Below, piece after piece: positions 8,192 to 18,872 of a stretch of DNA of 62,458 bases. The notes below the pieces were generated by a model that was not told where the DNA came from, made no database searches, and was given only the letters and a program-made list of their open reading frames with translations. A program made the position numbers and the translations under genes. The DNA comes from a virus. Lineage: Duplodnaviria > Caudoviricetes. The stretch's first letter is position 1; each line of letters starts with the position of its first letter. The stretch covers positions 1 through 62,458 of IMG/VR virus record IMGVR_UViG_3300045741_000405; one strand, given 5' to 3'.

Positions 8192-8207
8192 TTATTCCTA
8201 GGAATAA
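8192..8207. promoter_or_regulatory. Representative copy of the genome-wide palindrome TTATTCCTAGGAATAA
   Basis: Perfect copies at 1150, 3063, 8192, 10941, 14255, 18852, 23027, 26336, 28765, 31408, 32770, 33251, 36882, 40600, 42453, 42667, 46027, 48104, 50954, 53007, 57828, 58629, 59231. Confidence 0.9.
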
Positions 8208-8292
8208 TTCTATTCTTAGGAATAATCTCAAAATCCACTTGACGAAGGTTAATCAAACCAGGTTAATTGTAAGAGAATAGATAAGGATTGAA

Positions 8293-10185
8293 GTGGCAAA
8301 AGAAACTCGTGTTCCGGCACGAAAGCGAGAACATTCTTCTACCTTAGGGGCGGTAATAGTTCGTGGTCCAACCCGTTTAATTAGTGACGCTGCTTTTATG
8401 TCTGGGCAGGACGTTGGTGGACCCGTTGAAGCACTCAGCTTCAATCGCATTGCAGCCTCGCACGCATGGGTGTACGCTTGCTGCCGAGCTATTTCGCAAA
8501 ATATTGCCGGAGTACCAGTTCGGTTTACGACTGGAAAATTAGACAATCTTAAAGAATTTACAGTAGACGACCGTGGAAATAAAGGGGAGCTAGTACAGTT
8601 ATTTGACCAACCCAATCAGTGGATGACTGGATTCCAGATGTGGGAATTGACCACAATGCTGATGAATCTGGATGGATCCGCATTTTGGGCATTAGAACGA
8701 AACGATATCACGCAAATTCCAAAATCGATTCTTGTTCTTAGGGCGACAAATTTTACGCCGGTCTATTCCGAGGTGAATGGATCAATTGTTTCTTGGATTT
8801 ATCAAGATCCATATACCCAGAATCGTGTGCCGCTTTCTTTAGCTCAGACATTGATGTTTAAATTCGCTAATCCCTATGATCCAGTATGGGGATTAAGCCC
8901 TCTTGCGGCTGCTTCAAGAGGGGTAATTTTGGACATGCTTGCGGCTGAGTATTCGCGGGCATTCTTTGAGAACTCAGCCGATCCTTCCGGTGTGATTGTC
9001 TCTGAGAAAAGACTGTCTGAGACGCAAGCCAACCAGATTATTTCTTGGTGGGAATCTAGGCATCGTGGTGCGGGGACAGCTAAGAAAATTGGTATTCTGT
9101 ACGGAGGAATGAAATATCAAACTACTGGAATCTCCCAAAAAGACATGGAGTTTCTGGAACAGCGGAAATGGACACGGGACGAAGTTCTTGCAGTATTCAA
9201 AGTACCGAAGTCAGAAATTTCCTTGTTTGAGGATGTCAATTTCAGTTCCTCGGTTTCCCAAGACAAGGGGTTTTGGCAGAAAACCCTAATCCCCATTCTC
9301 AAGAATTATGAATCGGTTTTATCTGCTCATTTTGTAACGGGTCTTCGTGCCACGGTTGACCCGAATCTTAGGATCTCATTTGATCTAAAATCAGTTTCAG
9401 CTCTTCAGCCAGATTTCTCAGAGCAGCTTAAAGCCGCAGAAGCTCTCAATAGGATCGGATACCCGATCAACGATATAAACGAGCGGCTTAAGCTTGGGAT
9501 GCCTAAGAAGGATTGGGGAGATACTTGGTTCCTTAATTCCGCTTTGATCACGGTTGAAGACGCTATCGCTGGAGTTGGTAAAGGAGTCACAGACGCTACT
9601 GGAGCACCTGTTCCTGGGCAGGCTAAACCTTCTCATCCTTCTGTTCCCGGTAGTAATGGGAAAGTTCCGCCAAGTTCTACTGATCCTAATGTTCCAAAGG
9701 ATCCAAAACCTCCCTCTGCCTCTGGGCAGACTAAAGCTCCGGTAGCAGCCAAGAAGATCTCGCAAGAGCTTTCAATTATTCTTAGGAATAATGAGGAAAT
9801 TCTTAAATCGGAACTTAAGGCATACTTTTGGAGACTTAGGGCGCATCAGCTTTCAAAAGCCCTTGAAAAAAGTGAAGTATACGATCATCAGGTTTGGGGA
9901 CAAAAGCTATCAAAGCGGTTGCAACCCCTTTTGTCCGACATGCTTACTAAAATCAGCACCAATATTGGTAAACCAAATCATCAATTAGAGTACACTCCTC
10001 CAGAATGGTTTAGCGTAATGGAGGAGCAACTGAAGAACGAGCTGATGCGCCTCTCCTCTAATCCGTCTGAAGACATGATTGCACGGCTAAAGAAATTCTT
10101 TAACCACATTACGAGCCAAGAAAATCTAACGTCACTGGCTCGTATGGAGATACATAGGGCGTTAGGCGCATTAGATGGAGTTTAG
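8293..10185 (+). CDS. HK97-family portal protein with C-terminal extension
   Basis: VYACCRAISQNIA, GLSPL, FFENSADPSG, DMEFLEQRK motifs; Pro-rich linker after ~aa 430. Confidence 0.93.
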   Translation: MAKETRVPARKREHSSTLGAVIVRGPTRLISDAAFMSGQDVGGPVEALSFNRIAASHAWVYACCRAISQNIAGVPVRFTTGKLDNLKEFTVDDRGNKGELVQLFDQPNQWMTGFQMWELTTMLMNLDGSAFWALERNDITQIPKSILVLRATNFTPVYSEVNGSIVSWIYQDPYTQNRVPLSLAQTLMFKFANPYDPVWGLSPLAAASRGVILDMLAAEYSRAFFENSADPSGVIVSEKRLSETQANQIISWWESRHRGAGTAKKIGILYGGMKYQTTGISQKDMEFLEQRKWTRDEVLAVFKVPKSEISLFEDVNFSSSVSQDKGFWQKTLIPILKNYESVLSAHFVTGLRATVDPNLRISFDLKSVSALQPDFSEQLKAAEALNRIGYPINDINERLKLGMPKKDWGDTWFLNSALITVEDAIAGVGKGVTDATGAPVPGQAKPSHPSVPGSNGKVPPSSTDPNVPKDPKPPSASGQTKAPVAAKKISQELSIILRNNEEILKSELKAYFWRLRAHQLSKALEKSEVYDHQVWGQKLSKRLQPLLSDMLTKISTNIGKPNHQLEYTPPEWFSVMEEQLKNELMRLSSNPSEDMIARLKKFFNHITSQENLTSLARMEIHRALGALDGV

Positions 10186-11200
10186 TATGGATACTAGAAC
10201 GCATAATTTCGAATGTTCCATTGCGACGAATGTTGACGCGACTTTTCCACCCGATAGATTTCGTTTTGTCGCATCGAATTCTCAAGTGAATCGCAACGGG
10301 GATATCGTTGAGTTGGATGGATGGGATACGTCCAACTGGGAAAAGAATCCTGTTATTCTTTGGCAGCACGATTCTAAGTTGCCCCCAATTGGTCGTGGCG
10401 TGAATATCCAGAAGGATAAGAGCAAGAATGCTCTTATAGTGGATGTAGAATTTGCTGATCGAAGCATTAATCCTCTTGCGGGGACTGTGCATGATTTGAT
10501 CAAGCATGGGTATCTCAAAGGAGTTTCCGTTGGCTTTAAGCCGATGGAATATTCCGAGAGAACGGATACTGAAGATGCCAACCCATGGTTTCCGCCGTTG
10601 CATATTACCAAGCAAGAGCTTCTTGAGATTTCTGTGGTGAATATTCCGGCGAATCCTGGAACTCTTCTTGTGACTAACTCCGCCCAGCGTGAACTGGCCT
10701 ATCAGCATGGAATTATTCCTGGGAAGGTCCAGCGTCTCATTTTTGAGGAAAAGGATATTTCCAAATGTCAAGAATGGGCTAAAAATCACGATTTCAAGGT
10801 GGATAAGGTTTCACAAGATGGTGGGTGCCATGTTTTTGAGCAAGCGGAAGAGACTGTTTTCCAAGATCTTCGTCCGATCACGCTTGAAAAAGGCATTAAA
10901 GCATTTGTTGGCAAACCGCTAATTACCACACCGGCTGCAATTATTCCTAGGAATAATGAGATTGTATTCCCAAAGGAATACCTTGAGGCGATGAATTTGT
11001 TTGTTAAGCATTCCTCAGAGCAGGCAAGTACTCTGAAGGAGCTTAAAGATGCGATTAAAGGTCTGGCATCTTTGGTGGATGCTGTGTCTGAGCGAGAGAC
11101 TGTGACACCCGGCGAATCGCCTGAGAGGATGTCTGAACAGTATTTGGCTCAGGTACGGGATTCTTTGAAGAGTGCGACCGAGTTGTTTATGGTCAAATAA
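10175..11200 (+). CDS. HK97-type prohead protease (start possibly 10187)
   Basis: NPVILWQHD, PIG, GVSVGF, LLEISVVNIPANP. Confidence 0.92.
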   Translation: MEFSMDTRTHNFECSIATNVDATFPPDRFRFVASNSQVNRNGDIVELDGWDTSNWEKNPVILWQHDSKLPPIGRGVNIQKDKSKNALIVDVEFADRSINPLAGTVHDLIKHGYLKGVSVGFKPMEYSERTDTEDANPWFPPLHITKQELLEISVVNIPANPGTLLVTNSAQRELAYQHGIIPGKVQRLIFEEKDISKCQEWAKNHDFKVDKVSQDGGCHVFEQAEETVFQDLRPITLEKGIKAFVGKPLITTPAAIIPRNNEIVFPKEYLEAMNLFVKHSSEQASTLKELKDAIKGLASLVDAVSERETVTPGESPERMSEQYLAQVRDSLKSATELFMVK

Positions 11201-11212
11201 GGAGTTTCTTAA

Positions 11213-12376
11213 ATGAGTACTGAAGTCATCAAATCTCTTCAGAATTCCATTGAAGAGTTTACCACCGGGTTTAAAGGTTTTCAGGATAGTCTTACGGCTA
11301 GACTGAATGCCACTGAAAGTCGTATGGCCACTCTTGAGCAGGGTATCAAGGACAAACTTATTCATGAAACGGGTCCAAAAACGATCCCGACGAATAAGTG
11401 GTCTTTTGCTCGGCTTTGTGCGGCTGTTGCCACTAAAGATTGGTCGTATGCTCCGTTTGAATATGAGGAAATCAAGAAATACCGAGAGCATACCCAACAG
11501 GCTGGAAATTTCGGTCTTGGTGGATCGTTTATTCCTCCTTTGTATTCTGCTGAGATCATTACGCTTCTGCGTACTCAGCTTATCCTTCCTTCGCTTGGGG
11601 TGAATATCATTTCGGGGCTCACGCAAGCTCCTGTGATTGTTCCCAAGATTACTGCCGGTTCGACTGCGTACTGGATTACCGAAGGAAATGCTCCTACGGC
11701 TTCTGACTTGTCTACTGGGCAAGTACAGCTCTTGCCGAAGAAGTGTGCGGCGTTGGTGAAGCTGTCCAACGATCTTCAGCTTCTTTCGAGTCCTTCCTTC
11801 GAGGCGATTGTGCGGGCTGATATTGCTCGTACTCTTGCTGACGCCATTGAGAAGGCTGCTTTCCAGGGTACCGGCGTTGGTGGACAGCCAACTGGTTTGG
11901 ATAACAACGTTCCAGCTATTCCAACGAATACCTATACTTCTACAGATACTACTACTAAGGTTGCTTCTTGGGCCAAGATGCTTAAGGTTTTGGATGAGGC
12001 AAACGCACTTAACGGCAACATTGCGTATGCTGCTAATACCACGGCGTTTTGGTTCCTTGGTAGCCTTACGGATACGACCGGTCGTCCGATTCTTCAGCCG
12101 AATAATTCCTCTAATACGGCGTCTGGCCCGTACCTTCAGGGAAGTATTCTTGGTATTCCGGTTTATCGGTCTACCAACATCGCTAGTGGTACTGCTTATG
12201 CCGCTAACTGGAATGATTTCCTGATGGGTATTTGGTCTAACGTTGAGATTGCCAGCTCCTCTGAGACATCTACGGCATTCCAGAATGACGAAATGTGGAT
12301 TCGAGCGATTGCCAGAGTTGATTTCGGAGTTCGGCGTAAGGAGTCGCTTTGCAGGATGACGACTATTACTTCGTAA
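11213..12376 (+). CDS. Major capsid protein, HK97 fold
   Basis: GGSFIP, AYWITEG, GTGVGGQPTG, DTTGRPI, FQNDEMWIRAIARVDFGV. Confidence 0.93.
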   Translation: MSTEVIKSLQNSIEEFTTGFKGFQDSLTARLNATESRMATLEQGIKDKLIHETGPKTIPTNKWSFARLCAAVATKDWSYAPFEYEEIKKYREHTQQAGNFGLGGSFIPPLYSAEIITLLRTQLILPSLGVNIISGLTQAPVIVPKITAGSTAYWITEGNAPTASDLSTGQVQLLPKKCAALVKLSNDLQLLSSPSFEAIVRADIARTLADAIEKAAFQGTGVGGQPTGLDNNVPAIPTNTYTSTDTTTKVASWAKMLKVLDEANALNGNIAYAANTTAFWFLGSLTDTTGRPILQPNNSSNTASGPYLQGSILGIPVYRSTNIASGTAYAANWNDFLMGIWSNVEIASSSETSTAFQNDEMWIRAIARVDFGVRRKESLCRMTTITS

Positions 12377-12412
12377 TGATTATTCCTAGGAATACTTTGG
12401 AGAACATGAATC

Positions 12413-12856
12413 ATGAATAGTAGACTTGCAGCTTCCGCTGCTGTACTTAATCCCGGAGCTGGGCTTACTCTTTTTAAGCCGCAATCAATTTCGGCTGGAA
12501 CAGCTCAGACTTTGGGGCCGTCTTCTTCGACCGGTGTGAACCTTAACAACATTAAGGGAGCCACTGGTGATTTGCTCGTGATCGTTTCCGGTACTAATGG
12601 TGCCGCGCCCGGTACCTGTGATGCTAAAATCACGGAATCGGCTACTACCAATGGAACCTATACGGCCATTACGGGAGCTGCGATTACGCAGGTAGCTGCC
12701 ACAGCTAATCTTGATTGGACGGCGGCTATTCGTATTCCTTGGTCTGGTCGACTTGGCTTTATTCGTATGGATGTTGCGATTGGTGCTGGCACTAACCCCA
12801 CTGTTGTTTCTGGGGTGCTTGTTTACGACGGTACGCAGGTGTTGCCGGTTCAGTAA
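12413..12856 (+). CDS. Putative capsid decoration protein
   Basis: Follows the MCP; small Ala/Thr/Gly-rich beta protein. Confidence 0.55.
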   Translation: MNSRLAASAAVLNPGAGLTLFKPQSISAGTAQTLGPSSSTGVNLNNIKGATGDLLVIVSGTNGAAPGTCDAKITESATTNGTYTAITGAAITQVAATANLDWTAAIRIPWSGRLGFIRMDVAIGAGTNPTVVSGVLVYDGTQVLPVQ

Positions 12857-12875
12857 TTGACTATCTGCCCCTCGT

Positions 12876-12917
12876 CCCCCTCCACTATCCTGCCCTTTAG
12901 TGGAGGGGGGTTTTATT
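12876..12917 (+). terminator. Rho-independent terminator
   Basis: CCCCCTCCACTA / TAGTGGAGGGGG stem followed by GTTTTATT. Confidence 0.7.
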
Positions 12918-12946
12918 GATTATTCCTAAGAATAAAGGAGTCACGA

Positions 12947-13339
12947 ATGCGAAGGTTTTACTTTCTAATTGTCGTGGGCTCTTTAAGTTTTAATTCTGTT
13001 TCTTGTTCGCTACTTAATCAGGGATACCGAGATCAGATTACGGCTAAAGAAACAGAGATTAAAATTCTACAAAGTCAGATTAAGTCCACGAGTACTCCAC
13101 CAGATGCCCTTCAGGGGCTCAAGGATCAATTAGCACAAGCGCAAAAGGACGTGGCCGATCTCAAGGTCACAGCCACCAAAGAAGTGGTTAATAAGGCGGC
13201 TTCTGCCGGGTTGAACATTGCCGGCTATCTTGGGCCACTTGCTGGAACTTTGTTCCCACCGGCCGCTGGGATTATTGCGCTAATTGCGGCAGCGCTTACT
13301 GCTGCGAAAGATGCTACGGCTAAGAAGGTGGTGGCGTAA
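12947..13339 (+). CDS. Signal peptide/lipoprotein-like coiled-coil membrane protein
   Basis: Hydrophobic N-terminus ending SVSC, coiled coil, hydrophobic C-terminus. Confidence 0.55.
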   Translation: MRRFYFLIVVGSLSFNSVSCSLLNQGYRDQITAKETEIKILQSQIKSTSTPPDALQGLKDQLAQAQKDVADLKVTATKEVVNKAASAGLNIAGYLGPLAGTLFPPAAGIIALIAAALTAAKDATAKKVVA

Positions 13340-13605
13340 TGTTAAAAGATTTGATTGCCATTACGAAGTCAGACGCGGATTTCTTTCGTGGTATTTGGAC
13401 CTCGAAGAAATACTTCCTTACTCTTGTCTGGTTGATCATGTCGGTCCAGTTGGTGGAACATTGGATTGACTCCAACCCTGGGATCGCCATTCATGCAATC
13501 TATGGTGGAGCTATTGTGATTGCTGCCTATATTTTCGGGCAGTCTTTTGTAGAGGCTTCTGCGGCTAAAGCACATTCGAAGGTTCCAACGGATAAGCCAC
13601 AGTAA
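13339..13605 (+). CDS. Holin-like membrane protein
   Basis: 88 aa, two hydrophobic segments, SKKYF...AYIFGQSFVE pattern. Confidence 0.55.
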   Translation: MLKDLIAITKSDADFFRGIWTSKKYFLTLVWLIMSVQLVEHWIDSNPGIAIHAIYGGAIVIAAYIFGQSFVEASAAKAHSKVPTDKPQ

Positions 13606-13976
13606 TGGATACTCGGTTTGAGCTTCTTTTCTTTATTTCCTTCTTTATCCTTCATGGATTTTGTCTGGTAACCTCTGTCCTAATCAATGGCAAGTTAAAC
13701 AAATTTGGGGGAGCTTGGGGAAAACCATTTAGGTTTTTTTCCTTGGCATTCGCTGTGATTATGGCCACATCTTTAACAGCCATAATTTGGCTTATTTTGA
13801 AGCCATCCGATTTTGATGACAGTAGCGCTTTACTGATTATCCCCGTGTTTATGGGTGTGTATATTTTTTGGTTTGGGCTGAGAAAATACTTACGGATTGT
13901 GACGGCACATCACGACAAGTTAGGTGAATCTCGAATAATCGAGATTAAGAATTTGACCGAGAAGATTTTCTCATGA
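13605..13976 (+). CDS. Three-TM membrane protein
   Basis: Three hydrophobic stretches; coupled to neighbours. Confidence 0.6.
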   Translation: MDTRFELLFFISFFILHGFCLVTSVLINGKLNKFGGAWGKPFRFFSLAFAVIMATSLTAIIWLILKPSDFDDSSALLIIPVFMGVYIFWFGLRKYLRIVTAHHDKLGESRIIEIKNLTEKIFS

Positions 13977-14254
13977 ATATGGTGCATTCAGTGGACGAAG
14001 GCCAAATCCCAATCCCATCCGGCACTACAGAAAGTATGCAGATTTGGGGTAAGATGATCGTTCGAGAAATCGAACGTGTTGCGGATCAACTAGTGGCCAT
14101 CAATGTCAAGATTGCCGCTATTGAGACCACAGCCACCAAATTTGAAGTCAGCATTGCTGTTTTGAATGCTAAGGCTGGCGCTATGGGATTATTGGCCGGA
14201 ATGATTGCGAGTACGATCATTGGGCTTTTGTTCAAGTTTGTTTTCAAAGGGTAA
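13973..14254 (+). CDS. Coiled-coil protein with C-terminal TM helix
   Basis: Heptad region then GAMGLLAGMIASTIIGLLF. Confidence 0.6.
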   Translation: MNMVHSVDEGQIPIPSGTTESMQIWGKMIVREIERVADQLVAINVKIAAIETTATKFEVSIAVLNAKAGAMGLLAGMIASTIIGLLFKFVFKG

Positions 14255-14276
14255 TTATTCCTAGGAATAATCGGCA

Positions 14277-17200
14277 ATGCTTCGTAATGACACGCTTCCG
14301 CACACTCCTCCACCAACGTTAGCGTTGCAGTCTCATGGGGTAGAATTTGCAGATATGACATTTGGGACGCCATTAAGGCGTGTTTCTGCTGCCACTCTTG
14401 GGATAACTAATACAGCTAGGGGACTTCATACAGAGTATCCACAGTTATCGGCGTTTAATGCTGATGATTCACTGCTTCTTTGTACTACTGGTGGTGGAAT
14501 TAGGGGTGGTGGGAATATTGTAGCTCGGGATAACCCAACTCAGATTTTGCATGTCCTTGAGTTCACATCTGGGCTCAGTTCTGCCCATGAAGGTTCATCA
14601 GTACGATGGGATCCTGTTATTCCTACGCGGCTGTGGTTTTATCAAGATGTCAATGTCGGTGGGGCAACCCTGACTGGTAATACCACTGCTGGAAGTCCAA
14701 CGATAACTAGCTGTGTATCCACTATTGGGTTTAATCCTGGAGATACTGTATATGTTTTGGGAGCTGGTCCACTAAATAGTCAGGGCAATGACGGAATGTG
14801 GAAAAGTACTGTGGTGAGTACCACAGGAAGTACCATAACGTTAAATTCAAACGCCACAGTTTCTAAAACTGGTACGAGGTATAATCGAACTGCGAGATTG
14901 TGTCGGTATGATTTAAACACTTCTGTTGTTCCATATACACGGACAATAACGACAGTCTATGATTTCACAGAATATTTTCGTGTTGAGAATTCTGGTGGAT
15001 CAACAAATTGGACCGGTGGTAATTCTAATTCAGCACCTTCTGCGTCTTGGGAAGAGATGTCCGATGATGGTTCTTGGATGGCTGGAGTTGGGACAATTGA
15101 TGGAACTAAACTTGGGTATGGGTATATAAGTAATTCTTCGGCTGGATCGTCTGGAACAAGTTTCGCACCAAGAAATCATGAAGTATTTGCGTTAAATGTT
15201 AAGACAGGAATTAAGAAAGTTATTAACGTAGTTCAAAGTCCTGCCGCGTTACCTCCTTCTTTGGGTGGGACATTAGGGGCAGCTTATGAGCCTTATGGAA
15301 CCAATGATGCTGTTGATTCCATAGATTGGTGTGCGATGTCGCCTTCAGGTAATTATGTGATTGTGCAGAACAACACTAATATCTGGTTAGGTGGTCTTTG
15401 GTCTCAGGCTGGTGGATCCAATGCCTATTCTACTAGTACTGGCGCGTATGCCGGAAAATTATCCGGTCGTCTTGGGCACGGAGATCTATTTCAAGATGCC
15501 GCTGGGACAGAGTGGCTAATACAAGATCAAAGTGGCGGCACGGATAGTATGGCCGGGGATTACATTTCCATGGTCAAAATACCACAGGGAGTTACTTGGT
15601 TTGTTGGGCAGGAATTTACTTCACTTGGGGTAGATAAAACGAATACTTTTGCGAATGGGCAAGTAATCAGAATTCTAAAACACAAGTACGCCAATATTCA
15701 CGTTTCAGCTAGGAACACTGGGTTAAAGAGCTATGTTCTTGTTGAATGCTACGGAACAAATTTTTCTAACGTTGGGTTTGATCCAGATTTTCGAGATGAG
15801 GCTGTCATAGTTTATCTTGATTCGAGATGGGGTAATCCGAATGTAATAGACAGTCTGCATTTTGAACGTCTATGTCATTTTAGATGTAGCCGAACTGCGG
15901 GGGTGGGTGAGGCAGACGGGTACTATAGGGAAGCACATCCGGCTATCTCCCACAATGGAGAGTACGTGGCGTTTACCTCTGATTGGGGAAATAATGCAGT
16001 TCCAACGGATGTTTATATTGCTGATTTAGCTTGGTTTAAGCATTTCCCGTCTACCAAGACTTGGCGTAGAGCACCTAAAATCACAAATTATGCTAATCGG
16101 TACAATGACCACAATGGTTGGACTGCTTTAGCGGGAGCATTGGGGTTTACACGAGACCAAGATGGAATCTATCTTGAGGGCGCTACTTGTGGAGTAGATG
16201 GAAAAGTCGCCGTAACTGGCGGGCATGGAATTCCGTATGGTAATGATCTTTGGAGATTTGATCCAAATTTATGGCGATGGATTAATGTAATTCCCACTGA
16301 TCCAAATCCATGGAATTCTAATATCGGACAAACTTCAGATGTAATTAAGCAGACCAGAAGAGTCCAAACCGCCACAACGAATTCTACGAATGTCACATTT
16401 TCATTCGGATCAAATGCCGGGGACGTCCCGAATAATGGACAAGGTATTGATTGGGTGGCCGGGACTACGTTAATTAATGTTTGGGATTATAAGTTCACAA
16501 CTCAGAAATATTCGAATCTCGGTTTGGCGTCAGTTTCTTCTACCTCATGCGTGTTTACTTCAAGTGTAACGCTCGCGGTAAATGATATTTTGATATCCAC
16601 AGCGCTACCACAAAATAACCAATTTCCGCCGTGGTACTCCTTTGCCAAGCCATGGATTGGGCATCCCTATTGCAGCGTAAAATCAATGGGGGATTCAATT
16701 CTTGTTGGGTCCAAAAATTCTGGGCAACCAACAGTATATTGGAATCACATTTGGAAGTACTCGCTGAATAGTGGATATTCGTTGGTTGATTTTGGAGTTA
16801 CTGTAACAGGTGGATTTTCATTCCCAGGAATGGGACTTGGAACATACAACAATCAAGATGCTTGGCAGGCTGCTCCAACAGCGTATATCTCTACGACAAA
16901 TCAAGTGTTCAAGTACAACAATCAGGGAAGCCCTGCCGGCTCGCAATCGGCTACCGGCTCGATTGGAATTTTTGATATAGCTACAAAAATATGGTCGTTC
17001 TATGCACCTACACCGAATCCAGGAAGAAGAGAGGGTTCGGCGTGCGTTTATGATTCTCTTCGAAATCGTGTATGGTTATTCGGACAAGGAGACGAAAATA
17101 GTCCTGGAGTATGGGCAAACGCAAAAAATGATGTGTGGTACTTCGACTGTTCCACACATATTTGGGCACAGGCAACTACAACCGGAACTTCTCCATCTCC

Positions 17201-17639
17201 TAGAGGACAATGTAGCACGGAATATGATCCAGTAAGCGATACATGGTTAATAGCTTATGGGAGAGCTGGGGATCAACAAAATGGAAGTACGGCAGCTAAC
17301 CCATACTACAATGATGCCTATGTTCTTCATTTGGACACCCTTGCTTGGGAAAGACTTCCAGATGTTCCAGTTTTAGCTTCACCTATAAATGGCTCTACGG
17401 CTGGGTTTGGGGCGTCTCTTGGATGCTATTTACCACAGCCGTACAATTGTTATGCGGTAATAGATTATCAACGCGATCGTGGCCCCACACCTGGTGGAGG
17501 CGTAAATGGGGATGCTTCAGACGATCCAACCTTTTTATTCCTAAGAATGGTGGAGACAGGTTCTCCTCCACCTCCGCCCCCACCTCCGCCACCTCCGGTA
17601 TTTTCGGGTACCCCAATTATTCCTAGGAATTTCATGTAA
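14277..17639 (+). CDS. Large putative virion appendage protein (beta-propeller and Kelch-like repeats)
   Basis: HPAISHNGEYVAFTSDW; Kelch-like YDSLRNRVWLFG, NDVWYFD, PSPRG; poly-Pro C-terminus. Confidence 0.65.
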   Translation: MLRNDTLPHTPPPTLALQSHGVEFADMTFGTPLRRVSAATLGITNTARGLHTEYPQLSAFNADDSLLLCTTGGGIRGGGNIVARDNPTQILHVLEFTSGLSSAHEGSSVRWDPVIPTRLWFYQDVNVGGATLTGNTTAGSPTITSCVSTIGFNPGDTVYVLGAGPLNSQGNDGMWKSTVVSTTGSTITLNSNATVSKTGTRYNRTARLCRYDLNTSVVPYTRTITTVYDFTEYFRVENSGGSTNWTGGNSNSAPSASWEEMSDDGSWMAGVGTIDGTKLGYGYISNSSAGSSGTSFAPRNHEVFALNVKTGIKKVINVVQSPAALPPSLGGTLGAAYEPYGTNDAVDSIDWCAMSPSGNYVIVQNNTNIWLGGLWSQAGGSNAYSTSTGAYAGKLSGRLGHGDLFQDAAGTEWLIQDQSGGTDSMAGDYISMVKIPQGVTWFVGQEFTSLGVDKTNTFANGQVIRILKHKYANIHVSARNTGLKSYVLVECYGTNFSNVGFDPDFRDEAVIVYLDSRWGNPNVIDSLHFERLCHFRCSRTAGVGEADGYYREAHPAISHNGEYVAFTSDWGNNAVPTDVYIADLAWFKHFPSTKTWRRAPKITNYANRYNDHNGWTALAGALGFTRDQDGIYLEGATCGVDGKVAVTGGHGIPYGNDLWRFDPNLWRWINVIPTDPNPWNSNIGQTSDVIKQTRRVQTATTNSTNVTFSFGSNAGDVPNNGQGIDWVAGTTLINVWDYKFTTQKYSNLGLASVSSTSCVFTSSVTLAVNDILISTALPQNNQFPPWYSFAKPWIGHPYCSVKSMGDSILVGSKNSGQPTVYWNHIWKYSLNSGYSLVDFGVTVTGGFSFPGMGLGTYNNQDAWQAAPTAYISTTNQVFKYNNQGSPAGSQSATGSIGIFDIATKIWSFYAPTPNPGRREGSACVYDSLRNRVWLFGQGDENSPGVWANAKNDVWYFDCSTHIWAQATTTGTSPSPRGQCSTEYDPVSDTWLIAYGRAGDQQNGSTAANPYYNDAYVLHLDTLAWERLPDVPVLASPINGSTAGFGASLGCYLPQPYNCYAVIDYQRDRGPTPGGGVNGDASDDPTFLFLRMVETGSPPPPPPPPPPPVFSGTPIIPRNFM

Positions 17640-18376
17640 TGGCTATTGTTCATGAACAAGCAGGTGGCGCAACGTCCTCTTCTGTCACCACGATTAACTC
17701 TGCTTCTGGAGTAGCCCTTAAGAACAATTCGATTTTAATTGTTGCAGCTACTTCCACAAATTTTTCAAATACACTAACGATTTTTGATTCGATTGGAAAT
17801 ACGTATACCAACTTTAATTCTATGCCACTTGTTAACCAATCGAGTACTGGGGTGATTCGTGTGGCTTGGGCTCGAAACACTACTGTTTCGACGAATACGT
17901 TCTCACTATCTCAATCGCTTACCACGAATATTGGATTTAGTTGGTGTGAGATTTCTGGGCTTGATACCACACCCTCTTTTATTGGGGCGCAGCTTACTGG
18001 AACTGCGAATACTTCTACGATCTCAATTGGTCCGGTAAGTAATAGCGTTGCCAATGCCATTCTTCTTTGTATTGGATGCGAACCAGGAGACACAGGCGAT
18101 GGCCGTAGTGTTGGGTCAGTTCCGAGTGGGATGCTTCTTTCTACAGATAATCGGATTCTAATTGAGTACAAGATACTATCTGCATTAGAATCAAATACAC
18201 CGCAGATTAATCTTCAATATGCGGGACCCGGTTCGTGGGCTGGGATTGCGCTAGTTTTGCAGGAGGTTGCTCCAGTATTTCCGCCACCTCCTTTTTTGGA
18301 TCGGCAAGGACATAGACCTTTAATAGCAAAGAATCAGTATTCTAAACCGGATAGACTTTTCAGGATTGGACGATAA
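17639..18376 (+). CDS. Ser/Thr-rich putative virion protein
   Basis: Beta-rich composition, TAATG coupling, structural region. Confidence 0.6.
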   Translation: MAIVHEQAGGATSSSVTTINSASGVALKNNSILIVAATSTNFSNTLTIFDSIGNTYTNFNSMPLVNQSSTGVIRVAWARNTTVSTNTFSLSQSLTTNIGFSWCEISGLDTTPSFIGAQLTGTANTSTISIGPVSNSVANAILLCIGCEPGDTGDGRSVGSVPSGMLLSTDNRILIEYKILSALESNTPQINLQYAGPGSWAGIALVLQEVAPVFPPPPFLDRQGHRPLIAKNQYSKPDRLFRIGR

Positions 18377-18386
18377 GGAGTAACTT

Positions 18387-18851
18387 ATGGCCGGAGTATA
18401 CGGAGTAGTAACAGCAGAAAATTTCTCTTGTAATTCGTCTTCTATTCCGATGACGATCGCACAAATCGTTGCTGGGACAAATCACCGTGTAGTGATTAAG
18501 GCATGGAGAATTTTCTTTGAGGGAACCACGTCAACAAATGCCCCGGTAGAAGTTCGATTTTTACGGCAATCAAACGCGACTGGATCTGGAGCGGCCATAA
18601 CAGTAGAAAAAAAGAATTCCGCAGATGACGAAACTCTTGTGACTACGGCAATAAGCTGTTCTGCTTCTGGGTCTCAGCCAACGAATACTGGAAATCCGCT
18701 ATTTATTGGTCGAATTCACCCACAAGGAAATTATGGGGAAATGGTGGTATTCGATAATCCGATTATTGTTCCTGGTGGAACGCGGCTTGGAATTCTATTA
18801 ACTGCCCCCAATACCGTTGAAGCCACCATTACGGTTGATTTCGAGGAGTAA
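18387..18851 (+). CDS. Putative virion protein
   Basis: AAGGAG SD; 154-aa beta-sandwich-like. Confidence 0.6.
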   Translation: MAGVYGVVTAENFSCNSSSIPMTIAQIVAGTNHRVVIKAWRIFFEGTTSTNAPVEVRFLRQSNATGSGAAITVEKKNSADDETLVTTAISCSASGSQPTNTGNPLFIGRIHPQGNYGEMVVFDNPIIVPGGTRLGILLTAPNTVEATITVDFEE

Positions 18852-18872
18852 TTATTCCTAGGAATAATTGAG

